A DNA stretch of 64,000 nt from Eledone cirrhosa (lineage: Eukaryota). The notes under the pieces are model-generated. The model saw only the letters and a program-made list of their open reading frames with translations, did no database searches and had not been told where the DNA came from. The first letter of the stretch is position 1; each line of letters starts with the position of its first letter. Positions 28,337 through 42,128 of this stretch are shown one piece after another. The position numbers were made by a program, and so were the translations under genes. Where the stretch lies: contig OZ024746.1 of assembly GCA_964016885.1 (NCBI GenBank), positions 5,890,001 to 5,954,000 on the forward strand. The letters are read 5' to 3'.

Positions 28337-28496
28337 ATAATTGTTTCTACTTTTGGCACAAGGCCAGCAAATACCCAGTACATTACTGGTACTTTATTTT
28401 ATCGACCCCGTAACGGGATTTGAACTCAGAATGGCATGGGCCGTAACTCTACGCGTCAAAGCATGGCGTCCGACGCTCTACCGATACTGCCAATCC
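28337..28496 (-). mobile_element. SINE family A, internally deleted
   Basis: Sequence match to family A. Confidence 0.85.
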
Positions 28497-29635
28497 ATGA
28501 TAATGATAATAATGTTAAATTAATCAGCAGATACATTGTATTGGATGTTTTCAGTGAACAATTATGATTAAAGAAGACAATGGAAAATAGTGAAACAAAA
28601 GCGAAAAAAAAAATTGGCTGTAAATACAAAACACATTTGCGGAAGAAATACATATCTATAATACTTATAAAATAAAGTATATTGCAGTCCCCATTTCATG
28701 TCGCAAAAACTGGCGATGGGGCTGTGACCAGAACCCCCACAAAGGGTTCGGAGGGGGAGCAAACCTTCAAAACGTTTACGAGGTACACTCAAGAAGTTTT
28801 GAGACATATTCTTTTCAGGCCCTTTTGATTGATCTATCGATCTGTCACTCTAATACATCCTTGATATGGTTATAATAAGTAAAGCTACCAAATCTTTTTT
28901 TTTTTTCCTGTACATAGTGTGTTTATTCGTTTACTTAGAAAAATAGGGCAAGATATTTCTGTCCAGACGTTCGATTTTCTATTACTTTAATAGGGTGAAA
29001 ACTGTATCGGAAATATGAACAGTGAGTCTGTGTGAAGACATCTGGTCTGTGTGAAGACATCTGGTCTGTGTGAAGACATCTGGTCTGTGTGTCTATATTT
29101 CCCTGGTTTGATAGAAATATCAGTTGGAATGAAATATAATCAACATAAACACAGACATTGACATTGTTGTTAACGTCTCAACTAAATAACATCTATACAC
29201 CATTTGACGTCACACAACTATGATACTATAAACAGTATTTTACCTAGCTCCCAATAATTGATGATTCGATTAGACCTTATTATGAGTGTCCTTATTGGAA
29301 AATGAAGGTAGTATGAAATCTAGTTCTGACATGATTTAGAGGTCAACGAGATGTCATTATGGGAGATAAAACCTGTCGTTTCCAAATGTAGCATAAACAG
29401 ATTATAATTATAACATTTGTGAGAGTTGTTATACATTTACACGTGTATATATACTCACAGGCCTCGAATAATCCCCCCCCCCCCCACCACCACCACCAAC
29501 CGCTTATTAATTTATCAGATATTTTTCTGGTGGAACCTATCTATGGGCATTTAAAACCTGTCAGAACCTCTCGCTAGGTGTCGAGACAGGCAAATGACTA
29601 AAAACGAAATAAAGAACGCAAATAAAATAGAGGAG

Positions 29636-29965
29636 ATATTAATCCCAATGCTTGACTGATACTTTGTTTATCGACCTCGAATATATGAAAGGCAGAGTCA
29701 ACCACGACATCATACGGTCTCAGAGCACAGATAGCCGGAAGGAATGGTTAGAAATATTTTATATGACGCTCTAACGATTTTCTGCCTTGTAATATTGGTT
29801 TCTGATTTAGGCACAGGGCCAGCAATTTGGGGAGAGGGAAAAGTCGATTAAATCGACGCCAAATCGTAACTGGTACCATATTTTATCGACACTGTATAGA
29901 TGAAAGGCAAAGCTAACTGCGACGGGATTTGAACTGAGAAGGTAAAAGAACGTAACTCTATGCCA
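29636..29965 (-). mobile_element. Two older family A-related SINEs
   Basis: ttatcgac..atgaaaggc..; ggcacagggccagcaattt. Confidence 0.65.
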
Positions 29966-30124
29966 ATCTAGCAACCTTCTCTCTTGTAATATTACAATTT
30001 ACACCAACAAAAGGGTAGAATAGACATGTTTCAGTGAATAACTAATTATTAAATATTTTTGTATAATGCTGAATATAGTAATTTGAGATTCATAAACGTT
30101 CAGCTAGCGATTTCCATACATATT

Positions 30125-30277
<153 letters not shown>

Positions 30278-30380
30278 CATATATGTACGTATGTATGTAT
30301 GTATGTATGTATGTATGTATGTATGTATGTATGTACATCTTTACATGTATATATACATATATACATATAAGTATGTATGC

Positions 30381-30468
<88 letters not shown>

Positions 30469-30609
30469 CTATGTATGTGTGTATGTGTCTTTGTGTGTGT
30501 GTCCCTTCACTCACTTTTTAAAGGAAAACGTCTGGCTTTGAGAAAAAAACTATGTAGTAACATTATATAATTCTATTCTCCATAATTGAATAATGACATT
30601 TAATTAATG

Positions 30610-31050
30610 ACAAAAACTCGTCCGTCAAAAACCAAGTATAAGAATGTAAAAACCAGACTGAAACTGTTCTCAGCCGAATGAAGTAGGTGTGCTGGTCAAT
30701 TAAGACTTACCAACTCCGTGAAACTGCTGATAAGAAGAAATATGAAGCATTCTACAATGGTTGGAAGTTAGTGTACGGTCGACAGGAAAGTGGAGCATTA
30801 CCTATGCTCGCTTCTGACGATCGAACACTTCTGAAGAACGAGAGACATCTTGAAGCTCTGGAAAGAGTATTTTGTGATTGCGCTAAATCACACTTCTGTT
30901 ATCGACGAACAGGTCATACCTCCCATTCCACAATATCCTGATCATCCCCTGCGTGCTCTTGAACTAACTCTAAATGAAATGAAGGGTTCCATGACAAATG
31001 TCCTCAGACAAAGTACCTGGTAAAGACATCCACCAGAAGTTTATTAGTAG
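30610..31050 (+). mobile_element. Degenerate RTE/BovB-like LINE internal fragment
   Basis: QLRETADKKKYEAFYNGWKLVYG resembles the RTE EN-RT linker. Confidence 0.55.
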
Positions 31051-31775
31051 ACAAATATCTGTTAAATACGGTAACACCTCAGATATCTAAAGATAATTTA
31101 TCCGAATTTTGTATTACAAGGTCCCTTGAATGTTTAATTAACCAAGGGCCGGAACTTTTCCTGATGAGGCCCTAAGCTTGTTGATATCAAAGCTGTATAT
31201 CATATGAAATCTTGTGGCATTAATATAGCCAAGCTTTCATAGCCACCTAGATTTTATATGTCCCTCCCAATAATGGGGATATATTATATACATATGCAGC
31301 CCCTAATTTTCTATCACCATAATTTTGTGGAATATATATAAATTTTCTGGATCATAACAACGACTGGAAGGTGTCGTAACCAGGAAATATTCCACTCATA
31401 TTTGGTTTAATGACAGAATTGTGAGATGCATGAATATATTATTGTCTTTGTATCCTACTTTCTCGTGTTTTCTCTGTGCCTAGCGGGTTATTGACATACA
31501 CAAAGACCATAGAATGATCTATTCCTCCTCTACTACTCTCACTACCACTGCTGCAGTTATAGTCAACACCACAATGAAGGAGAGAAAGAGGGAAAGCGAT
31601 AAACAAAAACTTAACTCCATTATAAATGTTATTTAACACTTCCGTTGCATGAACGTCGATGAAACCGGTACGATAAATTCCTTCTTTTGTAAATAAATGT
31701 TTTGCTGTTATTCTATGAGAAAATCGCATTAGCATTTACTACTGTCTTTTTTTTTTACTGTTATATATATCAACT

Positions 31776-31874
<99 letters not shown>

Positions 31875-32159
31875 GTATGTTTGTATATGCAATAATATTT
31901 ATGTGTGTGTGTGTATATATATACATACATATGTATATACAATAATACTTATGTGTATATATATATATGTGTGTGTGTCTGTGTATGCATGTATCAATGT
32001 GTGTGTATGTGTGTGCATGTGTGTGTGTGTCTTACAGAGCGTATATGTGTATGTGAGAGAGCGCAATGTACTCTAGTATATGGTAGTACAATATTTGGAG
32101 GGTACAATATCCGAAATCGCCTCACCAGTACTTAATTTGTAGAGAACCAAAAGAAGGAA

Positions 32160-32180
32160 AAACAACAACAACAACAGCAA

Positions 32181-32211
<31 letters not shown>

Positions 32212-32286
32212 ATCAATAACAACAACATCAGCAACAACAACAACAACACCAACAACAACAACAACAGCAACAACAACAACAACAGC

Positions 32287-32323
<37 letters not shown>

Positions 32324-32581
32324 GGAACCACAACAACAACAACACCAACAACAACAACAGCAACACCAACACCAACAACAACACCAACACCAACAGCAAC
32401 ACCAACACCAACAACAACACCAACACCAACAACACCACTCAACAACAACAGCAACAACAACAAAAACAGCAACCACAACAACAACAGCAACAACAACAAC
32501 AACGACAACACCAACATCAACAACAACACCACCACCATCAACAGCAACAACAATAGCAACAGCAACAACAACAACAGCTTC

Positions 32582-32615
<34 letters not shown>

Positions 32616-32620
32616 GCTTC

Positions 32621-32678
<58 letters not shown>

Positions 32679-32832
32679 CCAACAACAACAACAACAGCAA
32701 CCACAACAACAACAACAACAACAACAACAGCAACAACGACAGCAGCAACAACAACAACAACGGCAACAACAACAACAACAGCAACAGCAACAACAACAAT
32801 AACACCAACAACAACAGCAACAGCAGCAACAA

Positions 32833-32863
<31 letters not shown>

Positions 32864-33022
32864 AACAACAGCCACAACAACAACAGCAGCAACAACAACA
32901 ACAACAGCAACAACAGCAATAACACCAACAACAACAGCAACAGCAGCAACAGCAGCAACAACAACAACAACAACAGCCACAACAACAACAACAACAACAA
33001 CAACAGCCACAGCCACAACAAC
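32160..33022. repeat. Long imperfect (CAA)n tract
   Basis: Direct reading. Confidence 0.95.
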
Positions 33023-34394
33023 AGGTTTCTTATATAAATAGAGAGTAGCAAGAATTCGGAGTATAATCGATGAACATCAATAGTTAAGTGATACCTATTT
33101 TATACATGCCGGGACGATGTAAAAAAACAACATAAACAATGAATACATGAATATAAAACAATTGTTTCAAGGATAACAATATCCATATTTTGTCGAGGGG
33201 GGTCTTTACAGCAGTTTTGGTAGGATTCGATAATCGAATAATTCTTATAGAAATGTTGTAATGCTCTGAGAAAAAATGGAAATTGTCCTTCCATATAAAT
33301 ATTTTTATCGATATATTTATTGTCTTTTCTTTTTTAGATACAGAAATATAAAACAAATATTCAAGCAAGATATTGTTGTCAAATTAACCTTTTTTTTTTT
33401 TCAAAGAGAAATATTTATATCTAACATTGTCTACAGGGCCAGTGGGTTCTTGATGGCCACCATTTTTTATCGATCCCGGAAGGATAAAAAAACAAAGTTT
33501 ATCTCGATAGAATTTGAACTTAGATTTTAAATCTTCGTAAATAAATACCTCCTTCCTAACAGAAATATAGATTTCTAATTTAGGCCAGTACGTTTGTGGT
33601 TAAGGGCAAAGTTGATTAAAATAACTCCATTAAATTACTGGTATTTTATTATTTTATTGACCTCAGAATCATGAAACTAAATGTTGACCTCAGCGGGAAT
33701 TGAACTCAGAATAGAAAGAGCCAGAACAAATACTGTAATGGTATTTTGTAAGATATTCAACTAGTTCTTCAGAGAACAGTTTAACAGATATGAAATGCTC
33801 CAATTATGTGTAATACTAAATATTACTACATGTAATATGAAAACCTATTTGAAGTAGAACAGAAATATCTGAGAGAGTATAATATTGGACTTCCATATCA
33901 TTCAGATTCATTAAAGACCATTATATTTCGTGACAGCCAATAAACTTTCAGATTCCGTCTTGTTGTAGCATTGGCACAACATCTTGTAACTATATTTACA
34001 ACAATAGATTTAAATCGTAAACAGGGAGTATTCGTGTCGTAAGCCATTAATGACAATCTTGTGAGCATATCATTGACTTTAAGAATATATTTTGTTTCGT
34101 TTAAATCAAGAAAGTAGAGAATATAATTTGTTCAATATTTCGGCAGCGAATTGGCAGAGTGGTTAGAATTAAGGTAGATTAAAAAGTACTAGTCTAGTAC
34201 TGTGGTCGATTTTTCCTCTATATCTCTTTCTAACTTCTCTATGCTTCTATGGAAGAAATCTGCTCTGTTCAAACCTGGAGAGGAGTTGAGCTCTGCCAGG
34301 TTTTAAAAAGCCCTAGAAATGTTGTATGTCAATATAACGCCCCTACGAGTCTGTCCGCCCATACACACAATTGTTGATATTGACACATTATGTA

Positions 34395-34670
34395 ACGAGG
34401 AGGCCAAACTCTTCAATTACCGGTCGCTCTCCGACAGGTTTGCGGTTGTACTCTTGGCAGTGGAGACTTCTGGTGTCCTCGGCCTTAGGCCCCCCCCCCC
34501 TACTCACCACCATAGGCGCTGAGCTGGCCCCCTGCAGGTGTGAGCCTCGCGAGCTGGAATGACTTTTCCAGTGCATCTCCCTTTCTGTCCTCCGGGTAAA
34601 CGCCTTCTCCATTCTGTCCACCGGAGCTGTGGAGAAGCCACCAATATGATTGACTTGTCATTTTATCAGT
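34395..34670 (+). mobile_element. CRE-like non-LTR retrotransposon 3' fragment
   Basis: EEAKLFNYRSLSDRFAVVLLAVETSGVLG; homologous to 36460-36850. Confidence 0.75.
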
Positions 34671-36459
34671 CAGATGTTCTAATGATTCTATAAATTATTA
34701 AATGTTTAACTAGTGGCATAATAGCGAACGTGTGTATATCTGTCTGTCACGCACTGTAAAGATGACTGAGGAAGGAAGGAGGTGGTGATAAAATTATAGA
34801 AAACAACGATCAGCGTTCTAAGATTCGCTACTCATGTGTGAAAGAATCTAAACTATAATAAAGTAAGGAGTGCGGGACTGCATCCAGAATATATATTTTT
34901 TATCCCGTTTGTAAAATAAGTTAGATTACTTTGAATAGAAAATGAGTGAATATTACATAATTTATCTACTAGATTTCGTTATTCTTGATTAAATATAAAT
35001 AATTTTGTTGCTTATTTTAATATTCACCTCTTTAAAATTTTCAAATGTCAACACTTCCGGTTAGCGATCTCTTAAATAAACATACTAATTTTCTGTCACT
35101 AATTTTCTCCTAATGCAGTTTATATATAATATCGTCTTTTTTTAATGTATCATGGATTACGTTACTGATTACATAAGACAGTGTAACGCAGTCTTCGTTC
35201 AATTTCTGTGTATATTGTCAATTATGATTTTATTTGATGTATCATATCCACATGTATATATACTTGCGTATAATATCAATATACACACACTACAAATGCT
35301 AGCAGAAAACCACCCGTGGGGTGGTTTTCTGCTAGTATGTGTAGTGAATTGGCTACACAAATTGGCTATAATTGTTTGTGTGTGTATATATATTACATGT
35401 GTGAGTGCATGTGTGTGAGTATATTTCTGTGTGTGTATATTAAATGTGTAAGTGTATGTGTTTGAGTATATTTCTGTATGTGTGTATATATTTGTACTTG
35501 TGTGGGTGTATGTGCGTTCGTGTGAGTATATTTATATTTGTGAGTGTATGTTTGTGAGTATATTTATACGTGTATGAGTGTATGTGTGTCTCTGTGCTTA
35601 TATTTATACACTCATACATATAAATATATACACATGGACACCAACATATTATCTGTGTTATCTATGTTATAGGCCGATTATTCTTTTCCACAAAAAGGTT
35701 TTTAAGTAAAAGAATTATTAAACTTGGTTTTGTACACTTTTTATATATAAAGTACTATATTTAACTGTCATTTTTTACGACCCGTCGTCAGCTAGTGAAC
35801 TAATAATCATGATGTGATACACAGACAGAATGCCACTTATTCAGAGTATAGTGTATAGTCTATTCTATCATGTTTGGTACTTAACTGCTACTTATTTTGT
35901 AAATTTCTACCAAATTATGAAACAAAAAAAATGTTTTGAGTATGTATTTACAAATTTGTCTATATTTTCCGAGCTCTGGAACATAATTTTGCTTATATTT
36001 TTATCAGAAAGACTGTCTTTGTAAGCAACTATATATATACTTATATTATTTCTGGAAATATACGCTACGTAAGTGACAATCATGATAGGTCACTATAAAA
36101 AAGACATCAATTTTAATTAAAAATACAATAAAATGTGTCATATCAGGTAATGTGTGCTAACGCCGTATTTTCCAATGATACAGATTGTATATGTAGTTTC
36201 ATAAAGAACCAAACATACTGTACGATGGGAAATACGATAGTTAAAGCAACGTGATACTAGATAAAGGCATTATTGCATTGTTTTCTTTGAAATCAGTTGG
36301 TCACCTGGCCCTGTTTTCTGTAAATCGGAAGGTATGTAATGAGGAAATTAAACTTAACTCTAAAGATGATACTGGTGGTGTTGGTAGTGGAAGGTTTTGT
36401 TACATTCCTTCAAGTCTAGTGTATAAGACTGACAGATGTTAACGACAGCAACAGTTGAC

Positions 36460-36850
36460 TGATAAAATGACAAGTCAGTCAATCATATTGGTGGCCTCCC
36501 CACAGCCCCGGCGAACAGAAAGGAGAAGGCGTTACCCCGGAGGATAGCAAAGGAGACGCGCTGGAAATGGAAAAGCCATTCCAACTCGCGAAGCTCACAC
36601 CTGTAGCTGGCCAGCTCAGCGCCTATGGTGGTGAGTAGGGAGGTAGCTCTAGGACCGAGGAAACCAGAAGTCTCCACTACCAAGGGTACGACTGCAAACC
36701 TGTCGTAGAGCGACCGGTATTTGGAGAGTTTGGATTCTTCAGCCCGACGTGCAGCAGAACCTGGGTTAGTCGAATACTGCACCAGGTTGTGGCCCTCGTG
36801 TGCCTTTAGCGGAGTCCGTTTTGTTAGAAACATTAGGGTCATATCTCCGG
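36460..36850 (-). mobile_element. CRE-like non-LTR retrotransposon, restriction-like endonuclease 3' fragment
   Basis: AARRAEESKLSKY..PLVVETSGFLG..FQRVSFAILRGNA. Confidence 0.8.
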
Positions 36851-37204
36851 TTTACAGATAGCTCTTTCTTGCCCTCCAAAGAGCCATAGAAAATCTAAAG
36901 AGATGATTCGTTCCGCATCTCTTTAATGATAGGGACTTGTGAATTGATATTTGGTTGTGTGAAGTTCTGTTTCCTGGATATTGCTATTTAGTTTAGTTTG
37001 CTTTGTTTTAATGAAATACTAGTGAATAATTCAGCAGTTCACTTTACATGTATGCAGATTTATTTGTTGATGTAGATAAATAAATCGGTTTATAAATGTA
37101 AATGCATTTATATATAAGTTTTGTCGTTACTTTTTTGTTTTCTTCAGATATAACGAGTCTGGCTACACGACCTTTAACGCGCGCTATGGTCGATTAGATC
37201 AACA

Positions 37205-37274
<70 letters not shown>

Positions 37275-38149
37275 GTAATGGTAATACTAAAGCGATTTTA
37301 TATGTATCCGAACAAATACGCCGTTTATTTTGTTTATATTTTCTTTCTTTTCTTCAAGAATTCGATAAAATATTGGTAAATGACAAAATCTACTTAGATT
37401 AAATCTATTGTACAGAAATATATTCAACTTAGGTGATAATAATAACAGATATGTAAATCCAGTTCAACATCACAGAGCGTTTACAAATTTTTTGTCTCTT
37501 TATGATGTAAAAGAACACATCTAAAGCAAGATATTTCTGTATAAATACGATTTTCTTAAACAGTCGCCTCAAACACCATTTTATTAGGATAATAGGATAT
37601 GTATTTTAACGTCACACTGAACAGAACGATGATGTCACATATGATATTCCATGATGTTAATATCAGTGATTTGTCATGATTAGACAAGAACTTATAAAAA
37701 TGTCCTGAGAACATGAAATTCACACAAAATCGAGTTTAGATTTGACGTAGAGGTTATTCTTCAATTTCTTCGTATCTTTCGTTCTCATATTGTCTTCTAA
37801 TCTCTCATGTTTCCATAAGTAGTAACACCATTATAACAATATATAAAATAACAGAGACAAGTGTCACTTATGTTGCGCATATTTCCAGAAAATATATTCT
37901 AACTTGTGCGCTAAGCAACCGAAGTATACGATAAATTTATATCAGTATATATACAGAACAGAGGTAACCGAAATAGCGTATAGTACACATTGTCTATAGA
38001 GACGTGTAAACATGTTCAATATACTTTTCTATCTGTAAATTGATAAACAATTATCGATAACCCATCTTCGGCCCGAATTGGGTTCTCATCAAAAGATATG
38101 TATAAAATCTGTTATATTTGTGAGGTTCCTAGCGGTGGTTGATTGCATT

Positions 38150-38365
38150 ATCAATTGGCAATATCGCTAAAGTATCGATCAGCATGCTTTGTAGCATAGA
38201 ATTACGGTTGTTTACCTTCTGAGTTCAAATCCCACCGAGGTTAGCTTCGCCTTTCAGCCTTACGGGGTCGATTAAATAAAGTACCAGTAATGTACTGGTG
38301 TCGATGTGATCGACTCCTCCCTCCCCCTCCATAATTGTTGGCCTTGTGTCTAAATCAGAAACCAC
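38150..38365 (+). mobile_element. Older family A-related SINE
   Basis: ctgagttcaaatcccaccgagg..gcctttcagccttacggggtcga. Confidence 0.8.
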
Positions 38366-38448
38366 TATATGTGTTTGATTTCATTCTGAAAGAATTGTGA
38401 ACAGTTTGTAATGTTATTTATACAACTGTGAATAAAATAACTAAACAA

Positions 38449-38811
<363 letters not shown>

Positions 38812-38815
<4 letters not shown>

Positions 38816-39232
38816 TTCCCCAGCTGCGTTTGTCTGTTTCTCTCTTACTGCTTCCCCCCTCTCTCTGTTTTTCTCACCTTCTTTCGCCCCCTCTGTCAGT
38901 TACCCTTTCTCTCGACTGGCCTCTTCCTCTAATTTCCACTCAATGACTCTCTGCTTCTCTCCTTCTCACTTTCTCCCGTTTGGCCTGAAGTGGGGTCCTT
39001 TCTTGCTCACACCTCACTCGCGTCGCACGGTCTGTTGTCTCCCGCTCATGAAATCCACACAGCTTAAGCTGATCGGACTCCCGTGTGCTTGTTTTTTCCT
39101 ATCTTTGCGTTGCTATCCTTCTATGTTTGTTTACTTGTCTCGCTCGCTTTACGCGATTTACTTGTCTCAATAGCTTTATTTAGCTATTGCTCGTACCAAC
39201 TGGAGGTATATGATTTTTAAAGCGATGAAATA
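38812..39232 (+). mobile_element. Diverged relative of the 5153-6310 unit
   Basis: cgtaccaactggaggtatatgatttttaaagcgatgaaat vs cgcaccaacctgaggtatatggcccttaaagcgatgaaat. Confidence 0.6.
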
Positions 39233-39469
39233 ACAAATAACCGAAACCAGCGAAGGGCTGGTTTCGGTTATTTGTCGGAGATTTCTTCAATAGAAGCCTT
39301 ATTCTTATAGCTTGGTCTAATCGATTTTTTTATATGGTTAGTTATGCTAATTGGGAGAGGAAATGGTATATATTTTATCTGGTGATTCTATAGACATGTT
39401 TTATGATATATAGCTCTGATTATTTAATTTATTAACTTTTCATTGAGCCACAAAGTGACCCGTTGCAAA

Positions 39470-39528
<59 letters not shown>

Positions 39529-40082
39529 TTTATATGTAATAATCTCCCGTTAGGTTGAGATAAACATTTGGCTGTATTGTGCTACGCTTTCTAGCAAAAA
39601 AGCCACCAGCCGTAAGCAACTAACCACATTCCTTCTAACCTGACCGCTGCTACGTCACGATTCTTAGCCATTTTTGAATGTATTCTTGGCGCGATCACTT
39701 TGGAAAATTTATTGTCTAAATTTGAGCTAACTTCCTGAAGATTCCGGTGCTCTAGGTTCCGAAGCTATCGGATATCTTAAAATGCGGACGAAATCATGGT
39801 CGAGGTTACTAAATATGTCCACTTTTCTCCTAGTTTATTTTACACCTAATTATGTTTAATTGACTGTATATCTGGGTGATTCATACACGCTGTCGAAATA
39901 TTCGATAAATATTCCGTCGCAGCCGGCGCGAAGGGCTGGTTTCGGTTATTTGTCGGAGATTTCTTCATAGAAGCCTTATTCTTATAGCTTGGTCTAATCG
40001 ATTGTTTATATGGTTAGTTATGCTAATTGGGAGAGGAAATGGTATATATTTTATCTGGTGATTCTATAGACATGTTTTATGA

Positions 40083-40085
<3 letters not shown>
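39233..40085 (+). mobile_element. ORF-less HHR-bearing element: 678-bp unit, about 160-bp terminal direct repeat, 19-bp 5' fold-back
   Basis: 39250-39410 repeated at 39928-40085; 39233-39251 is inverted against 39257-39275. Confidence 0.8.
39729..39807 (+). ncRNA. Type I hammerhead ribozyme, canonical core, extended stem II
   Basis: aacttc-CTGAAGA-t tccg...cgga c-GAAA-tcatgg-TC-gaggtt. Confidence 0.85.
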
Positions 40086-40135
<50 letters not shown>

Positions 40136-40264
40136 GTGAGGTTTTTTTACAAAATGAAAAATAACCGAGGTGTCCTACACGAGTGAAAGTATAAAGAAAA
40201 AAAGATGAGATCGAAAATGCAACTGGAGTCTTATTTTTAAAAAATATATGTATTCATTTGGTTC

Positions 40265-40294
40265 CTTTACCGGTTTCGTAGTTCTTTTCAAAAG
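40265..40294 (-). ncRNA. Minimal hammerhead with U3-A8 core
   Basis: ctt-TTGAAAA-g aacta c-GAAA-ccgg-TA-aag. Confidence 0.65.
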
Positions 40295-41397
40295 TAGAGT
40301 TGAGATGGAGGGTCTCTCGTTTTTCTCACATCTGGTTGGTCTTTGAATGTTACTTGTTTTATATGGAAAAAAGTGGCTCGAAACGCCAGGTTTTTAGAGA
40401 AGTAATTTGATTGGTTGGTCAATAAGTATAATAAAATTCTCGCCAGTTGGCGTTACAAAGTTCTTCAAACAAGGGGCGGGGGCTCAGGTTGTTTTTTCAT
40501 ATATGAGTGTTTGAATTTCTTTTTACTTAAAAAAAAAGGGGTTCACGAAGGGGTTTTTTTTTAAATGTAATTTGATTGGTTCTAAATGAAATTATGGGTG
40601 TCACGTGAACAAGTTCATTAAATTTCGTGCCCGTATTTGGGAATTTATTTTGTAGCCTTTTACAGAATTTTATGACAAGCAAAAGAATGGTCAAGAGAAA
40701 TGGGATGGGAGAATTGTTCTGGTTCAGTGAATATGGCTAGTTCGCTGGGGTGTCAGAGTTCAGATTTTCTATTGAAATAAAGAAAGTAGACATATGTATG
40801 TTTATTTGTGTGTTTGTATGTGTGTGTGTGTGTATAGGAAGATGATTCTATTGGTAGAAATGGGGGAGGGAGTTGTGTGTGTGTGTGTGCATGGGTGTTA
40901 TGAGTGTGTGTGTGCGTGGGAGTATGTTAAGATGGAGAACATATATATATTTTGTGTGTGTGTGTGTAGGAAAGTGATTCTATTAGTAGAAATGGCGGAG
41001 GGAGTTGTGTGTGTGTGGGGGGGGGGGGTGTTATGCGTGTGTGTATGGGTGTTATGTGTGGGAGTATGGTTAGCATGTTAAGATGAAGAGAATATATATT
41101 TTGTGTGTGTGTGTGTGTAAGAAAATGATTCCGTTAGTAGGACTATTTTTGAATATATATATATACATATATGATAATTTAAACGATATATTAAGTATAT
41201 CATTGAGAAACTAACCAAGCTTTAATACATTTGTACATATATAACGAATACAATTTAAGGTGTTAAATAAAAACATTCCCCACATAACAATTAGGTTATA
41301 TTTAAATTATCGTACTTCCAAATATGACCCTCTCTGACCAATAAAGAAATAATATTGTTGTTATTGTTGTTATTATTACAAATACTATGTTAGGAAT

Positions 41398-41432
<35 letters not shown>

Positions 41433-41457
41433 TCTACTACTACTGTTGCTGCTGCTG

Positions 41458-41490
<33 letters not shown>

Positions 41491-41994
41491 TCTACTACTA
41501 CTGTTGCTGCTGCTGCTACTACTACTACTACTACTACTATATCTACTACTACTGCTGCTACTACTACTACTACTACTACTACATTATTTGGTCGACAAAT
41601 GTAACTCAGTGTGATCAATTAAAACGAACTCTTCTGTTCCACCTGATGAATTTTTCATGTTTAATTTTGTGAACGCAGCATTTGTTTATGTTGATTTTTG
41701 TCAACAATAGCCGTCGTAATATGGTGTTATTTGTGGGGGATGGGGGAGGGTGGTGAAGGTCTTGGCTGAAACCAATCTATGATGATTCCTTCAATACTGT
41801 TGGAAGATTTAAGAGATGAATCTAATTTTCAAATGAAAAAGTATTTGATATAGATTATGCTAAAGTATGAATATTAAAACTTGTTTATTGTTCACAGAGA
41901 GAAAGAAAGGATCGATCGATTTTCGTCAAATCAGACCGACTAAACAATGTTTCCGTTTGTCTTTCCAGTTACTAGTACTATCTATCAGTCGCAA

Positions 41995-42128
41995 CTCTGG
42001 ATAGAAGGAGCAACGTGAAATAAAGTGTCTTGCTCAAGGACATAACGTATCGCTCGGTCCAGGAATCGAACTCACAACTTCAAGATTGTGAATCCAATTC
42101 TCTAACCACTCAGCCACATGCCTTCACA
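41995..42128 (-). mobile_element. SINE family B (CORE-like)
   Basis: aagtgtcttgctcaaggaca..aggaatcgaactc..taaccactcagccac. Confidence 0.8.

Noticed and set aside
29026-29091. 19-bp unit repeated about 3.5 times
   Set aside because: Ordinary local slippage duplication
31162-31220. ctgatga...gaaa
   Set aside because: Stems I-III cannot be paired
31643-31672. ttgcatga..gaaaccggta
   Set aside because: Core disrupted and only a 2-bp stem I
34766-34830. ctgagga...gaaa (related copy on minus strand at 61340-61402)
   Set aside because: A real dispersed repeat, but with no stem II or III pairing
35045-35070. ETS-like acttccgg promoter motif
   Set aside because: Single short motif with no supporting context
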